This document shows positions 35,353 to 49,042 of a stretch of 54,587 nucleotides of DNA, in pieces. The position numbers and the translations under genes are program-made. The DNA comes from Nemertoderma westbladi (Eukaryota > Animalia > Xenacoelomorpha). The stretch covers positions 1-54,587 of the forward strand of contig JAUCBJ010004725.1 in NCBI GenBank assembly GCA_032718475.1. The letters run 5' to 3'. The first letter of the stretch is position 1; every line of letters begins with the position of its first letter. Under the pieces are notes generated by a model. That model worked only from the letters and a program-made list of their open reading frames with translations. It had not been told where the DNA came from and did no database searches.

Positions 35353-37853
35353 TCCTATACTGTATATATAAAAGGGCTCAGTTTGTCTGGTTGTTTGGAT
35401 TCGGTTCCGTATGCCACTAGACTTTTTAAACCTTAATCATTGTTACTATGGCAACAATATTAGTTATAGAACACCATATAAATGTTATTTAACTATTATA
35501 GAACATAAATAAAATAAAAAATATAATGTACTAGAACATGTAGCTAGTCATTTTTAATTTTAAATTAGCCAGTAATTTTAAAAAAATTCAGATTTCAACT
35601 TTTAACTATTTGTTGCCAAATGTTTTAGCACTTTTATAGTTTCAAAAAATATCAGCTCGTAAAAAAAACACTAGTTACCATAAAAACAACATATCTACTA
35701 TACATACATATCTATCTATAACACTTACCAATAATAAAAATTGAAAAAAATACCGTATTTTTTTTAATTAAAAAATGGTAACATAAAGCTATACCTATGT
35801 TATAAAACGGTACTTTTAAACTTTACCCCCCCACCACCCAGATTTTTTGCATGTCCATTTTTTGCCGTTTTTTCTTTTGGATGTTGTTCCACAACACTTC
35901 ATGAATCCATTGGAAAAAAATTTGTTCTAGAACACTAGCTATTATTGCTATTTAGGCATAGTTCTCAAATATCAATGTTCTCACATTTTGTTTTTATAAT
36001 TTAAAAAAATACTTAACTAGTAAAAAAAAACCACTAGCTACCTTAATAAATAATATCTTGTAAATGTTCACAAACACTTTACCAATAACAAAAATAAAAA
36101 AAATACCGTATTTTTAAAATTTCAGAAAATACTAGCTAGTAAAAAAAACACTAGCTACCATAAAAAATGTTCAGTGTTAGCGCATTTGATAAAAAAGACA
36201 TTCTTTCAATTTCAATTTTTATATATTGTGACTTCTTCCTGTTACTTAATACACCATGCAATAATGAAGCAAAATGGGGAACAGTTCCGTATGTGCCAAC
36301 ATTTTCGTTGTTCTTATTCAACAAATTCTCATGCTTTTTTGTCTTGATAAATCTTCTAGAACGTATATTGAGTGTTCTAGAACTTTAAAAAAATGTTCTA
36401 GAACATTTTAATTATGAATTTTCGAGAAAATAAATTACTTACTATTAAAAAGAATATTATTAAAAAAATTGTTCAATTTTAAAATTGTTTATGCTATTTT
36501 GCTTGCTCTTTTTCTATTGACAAGATATCTAGACCATATATTAAATGTTCTAGAACATGTACCAAATGTTCTAGATCATTTTTGTTATCAATTTTCGAGA
36601 AAAAAGAATATTCTAGAATATTTGTTCTTTTAAAAATAAGTATTAAAATGATTGTTTAATTAAAAAAAATTGGAATACAGAACAACTAACCATAACGATA
36701 GCATTCCAGAATATTTTTTAAAATGTTAGCTAGGGCTAGCTATATATATAACTATAGACTATAGGCTATAGCTATACGCTTAGATATAAATTACTAGCTA
36801 TAATTGTAAAGTATTATTTGAGTACATATAATTATTAGATATATGTTAATTATAGGCCTACAAAAAATTGTTAAAAAAAAAAACAAAAAAATACAATTTT
36901 TTAAAAATCAATCTTAAATCATAAATTAAAAAGATGTGCACCAAAAATAACAAAGTTAATTCCGCCACCACACAAATATCATCGGGCCTACCACCAAAGC
37001 ACCAGAAGGATATGTTGGAGCTCAGAGGCAAGGGATCAGTACCAATCAGGAAGGTCAGACCCCCGCAGACCAGCACCGTCCCCAAATCCGAGCGCCCTCC
37101 ATGGCCGCCTACCACCACGCAGACACAGGGAGCTCGAGCGCAGAAGTGCGAACTGTAAGCACTCCCCCTAACACACAAGCGAGGCCTTGCTCGCGCATCC
37201 CCCGCTGCCGGGCCACGAGGGTCTCAGCGAGGTGGCGGATCAGAATATCGGCCTCCTTGCACCACACACCGTCGGTGGTTCCGACTAGGGGGGTGAAGGA
37301 GATCCGACGATCTTCGCACACCCCGCTGTAGTGGACCATCTTGGAACGAACTCGCTGCTCGAGTACGGAGTCCAGGGACCGATTAACGTATGAGGGGGCG
37401 TCAGCGTTAACAATCGCAATGTCGAAAGACGCCACCCTCTGTTCGGCCCAGACTCCCCTCGCCAGGAGATCCGCCCTAACTCCACCCACCTCGCGGCCCT
37501 GTCTGTCCAGGTAGCCGGACGCCAACGTAACCTCCCGCTGGACGCATGAGCCACAGAACGCAGACGCAATGAGGTCTTTAACAAAAAATTTTATGTTCTA
37601 GAACATTATTTAATAAAAAAAATAATTCGATATATCTTAGAATACTAATAATAATAATATTGTTGGAAAGAAATTAAATTAGAAAAAATAGAAATAGAAT
37701 TAACATTAAAATGTAGTAGGCTAGCTAGTAAACTAAACACTTTTTAGAGCAAACTGAAAATGTTGGCACGTACGGAACTCTAGCCGCAAAATGTCCGGTC
37801 TGATACACCGAGCGGGAATGGCGCTTGTGTACCTTCAACGAAGGCCGCTCTAG
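35353..37853 (+). mobile_element. Non-autonomous Helitron, copy A
   Basis: A|TC 5' end (TCCTATACTGTATATATAAAAG), 3' hairpin CCTTC-AAC-GAAGG followed by CTAG|T; AT-rich body with repeated TGTTCTAGAACA palindromes. Confidence 0.72.
36870..37580 (-). mobile_element. 5'-truncated CRE-like non-LTR fragment (restriction-like endonuclease end) inside the Helitron
   Basis: RADLLARGVW...FDIAIVNADAPSY...FTPLV; flanked by the direct repeat ACAAAAAATT (36860-36869, 37581-37590). Confidence 0.8.
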
Positions 37854-38185
37854 TATATCTGTTTATTTACCCTTTCTCCCTTCAATGTATTGATTTGTTC
37901 TATATTTCGCTTAGTCTAATACGGTATTTGATCGTCTATTATATTTCACTAGTAAACAGTACCGGGAGGGTGTGGAAACACAGTATAACAAGCAAATGTC
38001 TGACTAATTAATTATGTAAGGACTCGAGTCTGGTGATTGTGTTTCCCTTTAGAGGAAACGTATTGTGACAAGTCTTTCGTCTAATTATATTGATATCACT
38101 ACAGTATTCAATTTGTGATAAGAGCTTTGCTTACAATAATGGTCTGAAATATCGCCATATATTAATTATTTATTAAGTTAGAGGT

Positions 38186-38295
38186 TTCTCCCAAGAAATC
38201 TTGGGAGAAACGAAATTGCGACAACTATGGAGAATCGGGAAGCCTGGAAGGATCTCATTTCCACTGTCCGAGTTCGCTCGACCTAGTAGTAGTAG
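38186..38295 (+). mobile_element. 110-bp RTE 3'-end insertion specific to copy A
   Basis: Encodes MENREAWK...RST*; (TAG)n tail; TSD TAAGTTAGAGGT at 38174-38185 and 38296-38307; empty site in copy B at ~53622. Confidence 0.88.
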
Positions 38296-38750
38296 TAAGT
38301 TAGAGGTACGACGGCACACATATATTTGATGCAATTGTCCAGATTATCAATGACACTCAGTTATAGAGACCAACCTGGTTGTGGCGCGTGTAAAACTTCC
38401 TTGATTCTGTAATATCGGCGATATAATAAGCAAAATAACAATAGCAAATTGAGTTTACCAGTAGAATATCAAATATAACGTTAAATAATTATAATTCAAT
38501 TATTAACACTTTGACTTTAGACCTTAGGCCTGTAATAATCACCAGTCATTTAAACCTGACCGGAGATCAATGCCTCTGCATGGGCAATGTGACTTCTTCA
38601 TATTGAGCATACAATTCATAATTAATATTAGACAAATACACAAGGAGAGGATAATAATCTTATAAAATAATCATCATAATAAGCATAAATCTAAATATAT
38701 ACGAGAAGTAAGTTAATTAGGGAAACGTTTAAGTCCGGGGTCGGATTGAG

Positions 38751-41700
38751 TTAGATTCCTAGAGGAATTCCGGCACAATTGTCAACCCCAATTCTGCGCC
38801 ATTTGGTGCGAGACGATCTGAAGCAAGCGCACGTAGCCCTTAGGACGCCGAATGACAGACGTGCCCTCACCCAACCCATGACACAGCTGTAGGGCTTCAT
38901 CCATTTCATTGACAGCCTGTCAGCCAGTCTCTTCAGTGTCATGAAGTACTCTGGGCTGAGAACACCATCCACCGACACCACGAGCGGGGTAAAATCTGCT
39001 TGGCGAAGGGTGCAGGCGTCATGATATTTAGACTTTTTCTGAGTCTCCGCGTCAATTAGTATGGATGATATGGAGCGAGCCACATACGAGGGGGCATCAG
39101 GGTCAACGACCCGGACATCAAATAACGCCCTTCTCTGTGGCTGCCAGTAACCTCTCACTGAAAGATTAGCCCGCAGACCCACCACACCATTCTCCTCATT
39201 TGCCTCCCGGATCACTGGCTCCCTCATGATGCAAGACTCTGGGAATGCCAAACCGAACAGGTCCCCCTGGGTGTCCCTAACCTCGTTATGGCGTAGAGTC
39301 ACCAAGCCCCCCTTTTTGCAGTCGAGTGCATGTGTTAATGAAAATGCATCACCGCATCCGTCACACCTTGCGGGCGCTCTCACTAGAGGACGTCCATACC
39401 GGAGGGACAAACCATCTCTGAATTCGTTGGCAGACAAATCAAAGTGGTTGCGTGCAACTGGGGCAACCGTAAGCCAGCCTGATGTGCGTTCCGAAGCAGC
39501 CTGTTGGATTGTTCTGATCCTTTCTGGCATAAAACTGTGAATCAAATTATCATGTACTTCTTCTGATTTTGCATGCTTCCATAGCCGGAGGTTGTGTTGG
39601 GCTGTCTTCTGACAACTCTGGTGGTCTGTGAATGAGAATTCAATTTCTCCCTTGATTGCTGCAACCGCCAATGCAGTACCCTCCCGTGAGGTTTTGTAGG
39701 ACTGTGCTGCTGTCTCACCCGGATTACGAACTGACAGTCCACCAAAACGATTTGGCTGTGCAAATAAGTCACGCTCTGAAGGCGTTACCGGACCCCCGAG
39801 GATAGCTGGAACAAAAGTGTCTGCTACCATTTTCTCGTTCGTTGCATATGGTGTTGGAGCTTCTCTAGTATCAATCGGAACGACTCGCTGAAGATAGTCC
39901 CACTCACATTGGAGGCTCCTGATGAATGCAGCATACGCTGCCTGTGGATGGTTGACAGCAACCCCTGAGAGTCGAGCTACTGCCTGTTCCCATCTGGCTA
40001 CCTACCTCCAACGAGATGAAATCCGCCTGAAGAGTAGCATCCCCAACGAATCCCCCAAGAGTGCGGGTACCCTTCACGATTCCACGTCCATTCACCTGTA
40101 TCCCAAGGTCACGAAACAACTATTGTGCCATAGAATATTGCAATCCTCAACTACCAAAAGACACTTATCTGGCTCAGGGTAATAACCATACGAGGGGCCC
40201 AGTTTAGTGAGGAGAATGAACCAGTCCCGCAAGGCTGTCAATGCGGCAGCATTCTGCGCATTGTCGGCGTACCATACTTGTGTCCATGTGTCAAGGTTCT
40301 TCAGCTTTATAATTAGTGGGAACACATAAGAAGCATAACCCAACATCGCGAGCAGGTCCCCCTGAGTGAAGCCTTCCCTGCTGAGAAGGATTACCAGTCC
40401 CTGTTTACCACGGACAATCATATAAGCGTAACCCCGGTACGTGTTGAATAGGAAGCGTGAGCATCGAGGCCAGAGAACACGAATATTCCAGAGGGCTGTC
40501 ACTCTGTTTACCGCATTAAAAGCATTACTCGCGTCAACAAGTAAAACACCCCAACCGTCTCCCTGGTGACCCTCCCATAGGTCGCGGACAGCATGAACAG
40601 CAGCTTCAATTCCTGCAGAAAGGCCGCTGCACAACTGGTCTGTTCCACACAATTGCTGTACATCAATCCGCGTCGTCTCAGCCATGCATTTACCAACAAA
40701 TCTCCGTAATGCCTCGCCAACTCCGATTGGGCGTACACCCGGACACTTATCCAGGGCAATTAATCTACATGCCATGAGTGCCCAAATTGATGACACCATT
40801 CAACCACTTGATTAGCCAACCTGCATACTAAGCCTGCTACAGCCTCTCGCAGGCGGGAACTGGCTGTTGCTCGGTAGAGAAGCATGTCCTGCCAGTGCAG
40901 AGCATCTGCTCCACCAGGACCCACACCCCTATGAAGACTTTGGGCCACTGCCTCAACGTGGTTGGATGTGATGTCAACGTTCTCTTTCACCGGGAGCTCC
41001 TTGTTCAGATTGTGTAAACTGTCCACTGATGGAGGTGTTGGGCAGGGATGTTTAGCCTGGAGAATATCCAGGACCCGTTTCTTTTCCCCCTTCACGTCAA
41101 TCTCTGCCTGAACGTCCAATACCCCACCCTGGTCACGCTCTGTGAGCCATCTAACAGCATCCCGTTCGCGCCCTTGAAGAATAAGGCATGTAAATACCCG
41201 TTCCATGTGGTTCTGCTCATCTGCTTTGCTCACAACACATTGACGTGTGAACCCTCTCTGGCACCGATCCATCTCAACTAGCAGCTCACTGTACTTTTCC
41301 TGTTGCCACAGTTCAATACGGCGTTTCAGCAAACGGTGGATGTCCGCCCCTTTAACTACCTGCTTGTCTCGTTGTAGCATGACAACCTCAAATACCATGA
41401 GACGTTCAGAATTGACTCTCCCGTTTGAAAGAGCCTCCACTTCTGCACACAGGGTGGTAGAGTAAAGTCTGCCGACTGCGCCACCGGGGACTGTGTAAAG
41501 GGAAGCTTGATTGGTCGTGGCTCGGCGCCAGAAGGACTGTCATGGATCACCCTCAATAGGATCTGGGTCACCACCATCACTGTGGAGTAGGCAAGCACCA
41601 AAAGCACGTTGCATCAGCGCATCAATGTCAACTTGGGTTGAGGGAGAGACTTCTGGATCTTCCAGGGTTATACATCCGTCTTCATAGATTGGGACCTCAA

Positions 41701-41776
41701 TTATAGTCGAGTCAAGAATTTGATGTTCCTGTTCGAAGGGGGCATCTTTTATTGTCTCGCTAGCGCACTCGTCCAT
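38751..41776 (-). mobile_element. Degenerate CRE-clade non-LTR retrotransposon (RT, CCHC finger, restriction-like endonuclease)
   Basis: Frameshifted ORFs with GVRPIGVGE, DASNAFN, QGDLLAM, WYADN, CDGCG...HALDC, RHNEVRD, RANLSVRG, FDVRV. YADD reads YADN and RAD reads RAN, indicating inactivity. Confidence 0.88.
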
Positions 41777-42193
41777 TAAAACAACATTGTCAGGAATCTT
41801 CTTCTGTGACTTCTTCTGTACAACAATAACAAGAAAAGTGAATAAACCACAGAACTAATCGTATTTATATACAGCTTATCGAGAGCAAGGAGCATACCAA
41901 TAAGGCAATAATACAAGTTAGATATGCAGATAATGGCACTAGATGGCGTCAAACTTTTAGTAATGCATTATTTAACTGAAAAATAGTCGATATTGTACCG
42001 CAACCAACTTTATCAATAAAAATGGTGTTTTGAGCTTAAAATTAGTAAAATAAGTAATCTAAAATACATAGTTAGTAACAATAGATAGTGTTCTAGAACA
42101 AAATTTTTTTTTCAACAGAGGCAAGAAGTGGTTGGGAACTATATCCTATTGACAAAAATTCACAAAATAGTTAGTGGAAAAAGAAATAGAAGA

Positions 42194-43178
42194 AGAAGAA
42201 ATATCGGTTACAGTGTGTAAACAGGACACTGTAAGCGGGAGTGAACAGGAGGTGTCGGCGCAAGTAACAGGTGAGATGCCAGACAGGGTGCTGATGGATC
42301 ATCAGAATGCTGGAGAAGATGGACGAGTCTTGGGCATCGCCTGGAACCGAGTTAAGGACACGTTAAAGTATGTCTTTCAACCAGACAAGGACATTCAACA
42401 TATAACAAGGGCCTATTTATCCTTCATCGCAAGGATTTATGATCCACTAGGATTGGTTGCGCCAAACATGGTTGTAGGGAGGCATATCCTCCGGGATGCA
42501 TATTTAAGCAAGTGTGAATGGGACGAAGTGCTACAAGTGTTAGTAGTTAGGTGGAAAGAGTGGTTGGTGGCCCTGGAGGATCTCCAGTGGCTCGCAATAC
42601 CTAGGGTTTATTTCCAGGATGGAGATATGTCCAGTATAGAGATGCATGCGTTTTCAGACGCATCCTCTAAAGGGTATGGGGTGCTGGTGTATTTAAATCA
42701 AATAAACACTATGAACCCTCCACGGATAGTATACAGTAAAGCAAGAACCGCCCCATTAAAGGCAGTAACCATCCCACGTCTAGAATTAATGGCAGCCCTA
42801 ATAGGAGTGCGAGTGGCAAATCAGGTAAGAAAGGCACTGGGGTGTGTGCTATCATCACACTACTGGACAGATTCAGCAACAGTCCTCCGGTACATCCAGA
42901 ATGATGCACGTAGATATAAGGTATTTGTGGCTAATCGGGTTGATGAAATCCGAGCCACAACATGTTTGGACCAGTGGCATTATTGCCCAACCGAAATAAA
43001 TCCAGGTGACTTAGTGTCACGCGGTAGCCTAGAGGTCCCCTTTCTCGAGAAGGAAGCCTTATGGCAGCACGGACCCACTTTCTTGAAGAATGTAGCTGAG
43101 TGGCCCTTGTTCCCAGATTGTAAAGTGATAGATCCAGGGAAGGATGTCCCACCCCCAATCTCCTGGACATGCAAGTAG
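42194..43178 (+). pseudogene. BEL/Pao pol fragment (RNase H region), duplicated
   Basis: Near-identical to 24912-25896. Confidence 0.9.
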
Positions 43179-44800
43179 TCTATATGGCTATGAAGGGGCC
43201 AGAGGGGTTGGGATTGGTGGAGAACATGGGACATTGTGGAGCCGTGGCGATGGGCCAACTGATGGGGCTCGTCTGCCACAAACCGATGGACTGGGGCAAG
43301 TTCCGAGAGGAATACGGAGCGGAACTTGCGAATTCGCTGAAATGGGGAGCGAGACCAGGAAAGCAGGAGGAATATCAGTTCCGAAGGGGAGCGATAAAGA
43401 TATATCAGAAGAGATATATCTTACAGGAGGATTGGATAATGATAGGTTTATTAAACTTATTCATTGCCGTGGTTATCGGAAGAGAGCTGATGGCGTTTCT
43501 ACTCTCAGGAGCACCTCTAATTCACAGGAGAGCCTTTAAGGTGGCCTTTGAGGGTCTTGTAGACCACCCGGGGCTGAAGGGCGAGTCGGTATACTATGAT
43601 AGCCGACACCTAGTGGACAGAAAGGTGGACACACCGTACAAGAGGTGGAAGAAGTTGGAAGCGGATAGAGTCAAGGAGAGGAGACTGTAGGAGGTCGCGA
43701 GGAGAGAAAGGAGGGAAGCAGCAGAGAGATAAGCGGATATAAGGGGAGAGGAATACGAGTTTGAAGCCCAGAACCTGGACGAGCTGAGGTGGTGATCGGA
43801 GACCTCAGGCAAGTTTCTGGGGGACGAACTGGGATAAATGGAAGGATCACCGAAACAGTCGAGATTGGGATTGCAAGCAATGCCCATACCAGGGGGCTCC
43901 GAGGATAATTTTGGAAGGGAGGGAGCTGGAGGGGTGGAAAGTCATGGGTGGAAACCAAGGTGGAAAGGGATATAGTGGATCTACCGGGCTACCGGGTTCA
44001 GATCCACTCCCAGCAAGAGACGAAGATGACGACGAGTTCGGGGTGATGCCGCCGATAGAGAGAATTGCGACCCCAGTGGGGGAAGAGAAGGAGGACGAGT
44101 TTGGCGCGATGCCGCCAATTGCGAGGAGCGGCCACTCAGATACGGACTGGGTGGGCGGGAGGGTGGTGACGGCCAGCGGGGTGAGAGGGAGCACGGGGAG
44201 CTGGCGATGTATTTTGCGGCAAGTACGATCAGGTTCGGTGAGCAACCGGGAACGGCACCACGAGTAGTGTTTGGGGAGACGATGCCGAGGGTGGAGGAAG
44301 ACATCGACATGGGTAGGGACCACAGCATCCAGATGTTTGCCTATCAGCGGCTCCATAGACCCAGGAGACCAAGCGGGGCCAAGGACGACTTGGGGCGGGA
44401 CGCATTGATACACGCCTGTGATTACTGTGGGAGACTAACCCACCAGGAAAAGAGCTGCCTGTATCGTTTCAAGAAGGGGACGGCCTGACTATACTGCCGC
44501 GAGTCGACCCATATGATGCGTGCATGTCCGAGGCTGCACAACCGATGCTCAAAGTGCAACTTGCAAGGGCACTTTGGGCGCCAATGCGATTGGATGGACG
44601 ACGAAGAGGAGTTCAGGATCTTCGAGGAGTGGGCTGACAACGGTGTCATGACATGACAAAGGATGAAGGCCCAGGAGTTCTGGTGGGGCTTCTTTAATAT
44701 CAACGCTGGAGCCCACCAGGAGATTATTAAGAGGAGACCACCATTCACATATCAGGAGGTAGCGACAGCGGCATCATATGGAGGAGTCATTGAAAAGTAG
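43142..44800 (+). pseudogene. Triple-CCHC unknown ORF, copy B
   Basis: Duplicate of 25860-27518 with the same stops in the knuckle region. Confidence 0.6.
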
Positions 44801-45135
44801 TTACTGGAAGTAAAGTATAATTAGTTATTCAAAAACTGTTATTATTCTAGAATTTTATTGCTGTAATAATGTTGGTGAGACTATACTAAGTTTTGACATC
44901 AATGAACAACAATCAAATAATTATCATATTGGGTCTGTATTAATGCATCAAACTTTCGTTGCCAACTTTAATACAAACTATGTTGTTATATGTACAAATC
45001 CAAAGATGGTCTCAGTTTAAACCGGCAGTCAAATCAGTCAAAACTTAATACAAATCTATGGATTAATTAATATGTTATTTGTTATTGGAATTTGGAAAAC
45101 ACAAAACGTGTATTGAAATCCTCTAGTGAGGCAAG

Positions 45136-46826
45136 ATGCCAATTGAAACAGAAAATTATCTACGTAAGATAAAGCGTACACAGAAGCAAATCGCGAGTTT
45201 GGGCGATTCCTTCGACCAATATGTCGCCGAGGATGCATCGGAGACCAACATTAAAACTGTTATCGTTAAGTTGGACGAGAAAGTCCAACATTTGGATGAA
45301 TTGCTTCAAACATACAGTGATGGACTAGAAGAAGCTGATGCCTGGACCGAAGAAATTGAGAGCGAGGTTCAAGGATGGTTGGACCAAGCTTCTAAAGATA
45401 ATACGACAAGAAGAAGTTTGTATGATAGAATCCTCGTTCAACGTCGTGATAAATCTAGAGAACGACAAAGAGAAGCTGAAAATCGTGCAGAGGATATCGA
45501 ACAACGTCGCCACAGCCGGAGTTTACAATTTCGGGAAGGATTGCAAACCCGTAGTGAAACTGTGGATTCCATAGTCGATTATTTTTATGAAACCTCAGAA
45601 TATGGTGGTCATTTAGAAGAGCCGGGTATAACTGAAGTTTTGCCGGTCGAAATTGTTGAGAATTTGGAAGATTATGTAAACAGTAATGATGAACTCAAAA
45701 ACGGATTCCGACTTGTGATCTTAAACAATCGGTCCCCGATCCTGCTAATGTAGTTAATGATAATATAATTTGTGGGATTCGAGAAGGAATTGCCATAGGA
45801 ATACAGGAGTTGGGTACAAAACTAAAAATTCAATCATCTCGTTCAGAAGATTCTGACCATAGAGCAAAGATTAAACTTGCTGCTTTCACCCCAAATGTCT
45901 GGGATGGTGATATAAATGAATTTCGCCATTATAAAAATTTATTTATTCAAACAATGAAGGATGCTCAATTAACGGATGATCAGTCTCAAATTGGTTGGGT
46001 GGTGAAGACTGTGCCATACGATTATCATGCACGTATAAAAGTTTGTGGAACTATGTTTGAAGTGTGGGAGATGTTTGATGAAGCAGTTCCTACTGATAAC
46101 ATTCTCAGTTCTATTCGTATGACTTTTAAGAAAATTCATTCTTTTGAGGATAAGGATGGAGATAAACTCGAACAATTCTCAAATGCATTACGGGTATATA
46201 TTCGTCAATTGAAAGAACTTGGTTATGAACATATAACAAAAGAGGATATTTTCTTTGATAAGTGCAGTATAAATTACCAAGAGAAGTAATAATCGATTAT
46301 AAAGCTGAATGTCGACTAAATGGTATAGGGAAATCTGCAGAAGGTCTGAGAAAGTTTGTCTCAAATTTAGTGAATGAATATAAAAAGAAAAAGTTTAAAA
46401 AATGTGAAACAAAGAACAGCAATCCTACCTACTCAAAATCAAATAATTACTGAAAAGGAATCAGAACAAATGCTGTTAGGGGTATTATTGTTAGTAGTAG
46501 TTTTTCATCTGACTCTAATTCGAGAAAGAAATCAAGTGTTCAATCTAATTTCTTCTGTGATATTACTGGTTGCCCTGGTAACCATTTTATCTACAACTGC
46601 CCATTGTATCTGGCAATGTCAATTTCGGCCAGAAAAGTATTCAATAAAGATAAAGACCGTTGCTATGGCTGTTTAGCAAAAGGTCACCGAGTTAGAGATT
46701 GTCCAATTAAAAAAGCCATGTGATCAATGCAATAGAAACCATAATTCTCTTTTACACTAACATAGAGAACCAAGAAGTCAAACAACTCAGCAACCTGTAG
46801 TTTCGTCATCGTCATTAAATCCAACT
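45136..46826 (+). pseudogene. BEL/Pao-like gag, copy B (extra 1-bp deletion at ~46260)
   Basis: Duplicate of 27854-29545. Confidence 0.72.
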
Positions 46827-47045
46827 GCAATGATCTCGAACAGAGACGCCAGATACCTTGGTGCAACATAGCTCACGATTGCACCAAGGATGGGTAGCAA
46901 TAACAGACCCAGGGGGGCGGTCTGGAAAGCCGACCCCGAGAAGAAAACTCCACCCCACATCCAATATTAGATTGGGTTCCAGCGGAATTGAAGCACACTT
47001 AAGTTTGATGCTATCTCCTCACAGGGAAGATAGCATGGGGGGGAG

Positions 47046-47862
47046 TGTAAGCGGATTCAATTCCATACATTACCCACCCAAAATGGGACCAGTGGCATTT
47101 TACCAATATAGTTGGCGATACGAGATTACCAATAAATAATCTCGCCTCATAACCAACTCGGGGCGGCGACACACGCCCTAAGCCACAGAGAGAGGTGAGA
47201 GGTCAAACCACCTCAGAGGGAAAACCCAGCTAGCGAGGCTAGCACCAGGGGATAACACCTACAGGGAGTGGCCAAGTGACAATTAGTATATAAGCCAATA
47301 GTGGGCAGGGAAGCACGCGGGGAAGGAAGGACAAGAGGGCATCCATTGCGTACCAAAGGCCACAGTAGTGTAGAGCTGAAACCAATATGTATCAATCATA
47401 TAGTTACTCTGATTACTGATTTACCGGTCACTTGATTATCACACAGTTGCGGACCGACATAGTTTTGACCGTCATTTCATATCGTAATTTATATTACTAT
47501 ACTGCTGCTGTTGTATTGCAATCTATATCGCCATTTTATATTAGACTGTGCTATTATCACTGGAATTATCAATACTGAGGAACAAACTCTATTTTTTTCC
47601 CCAACGGCCTTCGGCCAAAGATATTAGCCCAGCAGCCCAGCAGCCAAGTGACGCGTACAACCTTACCCGGTCGGGATCTCAGAGTCAATCCCTTCACATG
47701 GTTTGATCTCTCAGCTCTCTTTGTGGCTTACGGCGTGTGTCGCCCCAGTTGGTTATGAGGTGAGATTATTGTTGGTAATCTCACCTCGCCAACTATATTG
47801 GTAAAATGCCTGCCACTAATCCCATTTTCGGTGGGTAGTGCACGGAATTGAATCCGCTTACA
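47046..47862 (+). mobile_element. LTR (47046-47698) plus inverted partial LTR (47704-47862), copy B
   Basis: Duplicate of 29765-30581. Confidence 0.7.
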
Positions 47863-49042
47863 GAATTATTATTACCCACTATACCACCTCATCTAATTTA
47901 ATAGTAAATAGCTACAGTAGGTTAAAGAAATAAATAAGGCGGATAAAATCAACATGTAAATCTCGGGAAAATAACAAATTATAAAAAACAACAAACACAA
48001 ATCTCACACTGTACATTTACAGTAAATAACACTATCTAATTATGCGCCATGTTATGTTGTAAAAGCGATAGTATAAAGGAATGAAACAAAAGAAAACATA
48101 TTTGGCAGAAACGAGAAAATAATTACCGAAATATATATTAATTATTAAATTGACTAAATAAAATAATTACTGTATAGTTCCGTTAACCTCGTTTTTTTAT
48201 TATTTCATATTTCAATTAATAAAAGGTATAGGTAGTAATAAAAATCAAATTTAATTTGTATTTAGCAATAACTGTATCCACAGTGTGAATACAGTATAAT
48301 GGTATGTGCAGAATTAGTAATGCATTAATTAGATAGCGTTGAAATCTCGAAGAAACTTCAAGATAATCTTTAGAAAATAACAAATTAATAATACCAATAA
48401 ACACAGAGCTTATACACTTACAGTGAATATTCACACTTTCTAATAGCGCGCCATGTTATGGTGTAACTTCAGAGATTACTACAATTATTATTTATGAAAA
48501 TGACAGTTGTAATTAAAAACTTGTCTCTTTAGTTACGTTAAACCTCGTTTTGTATATATATTTTTTTAAATTGATAATAAAATTTAATTTTATATACTTT
48601 ACAATTACAATAAATGATAAAGTATATACTATAAATTACAATAAAAATATAATAATATACTGTAATACAGCAAAAGGGTAGGTGCACCACCCTTACATCC
48701 GGGGTGTTCTAAAAAACCTTCCGGGATGGCTTTACAAATACTGTAGGGCCTACGCCTACTGTACATTAGTAATACTAATAATACTGAAGCGTTAGCAATT
48801 CGATTTACACATTGCGATAATAAAATTAAAACAAACTCAAAATCTACGAAACGAAATTACCAATTGCGAAAAACAAAACGATGAATGAAAATGAACAATT
48901 TCTAAAAACACTACAGAATCTGGTATACAGGTATATAAGGTCTATAAGCCTATGCAAACAGTGAGAATAAGCAAGTTACTGAGATTGGTTGATTTGGCAA
49001 ATAATGGATGTCGTCACAGTTGTTTTTGAAATGAATTACTTA

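Larger units (their letters stand above)
24912..42193 (+). repeat. Tandem segmental duplication, copy A (17,282-bp unit)
   Basis: Sequence from 24912 reappears at 42194 (offset 17282); the window end corresponds to position 39261 of copy A. Confidence 0.95.

Noticed and set aside
36870-37580. Helitron gene capture
   Set aside because: A 10-bp direct repeat flanks the fragment, favouring ordinary retrotransposition into the Helitron.
42174-42193. N-terminus MEKEIEEE of ORF 42174-43178 as a novel fusion gene
   Set aside because: Chance read-through across the duplication junction from a GTG start.
24912-42193. Giant transposon carrying neprilysin as cargo
   Set aside because: The unit starts mid-pol with no TIR, LTR, TSD or Helitron terminus at its boundary; tandem duplication explains it.
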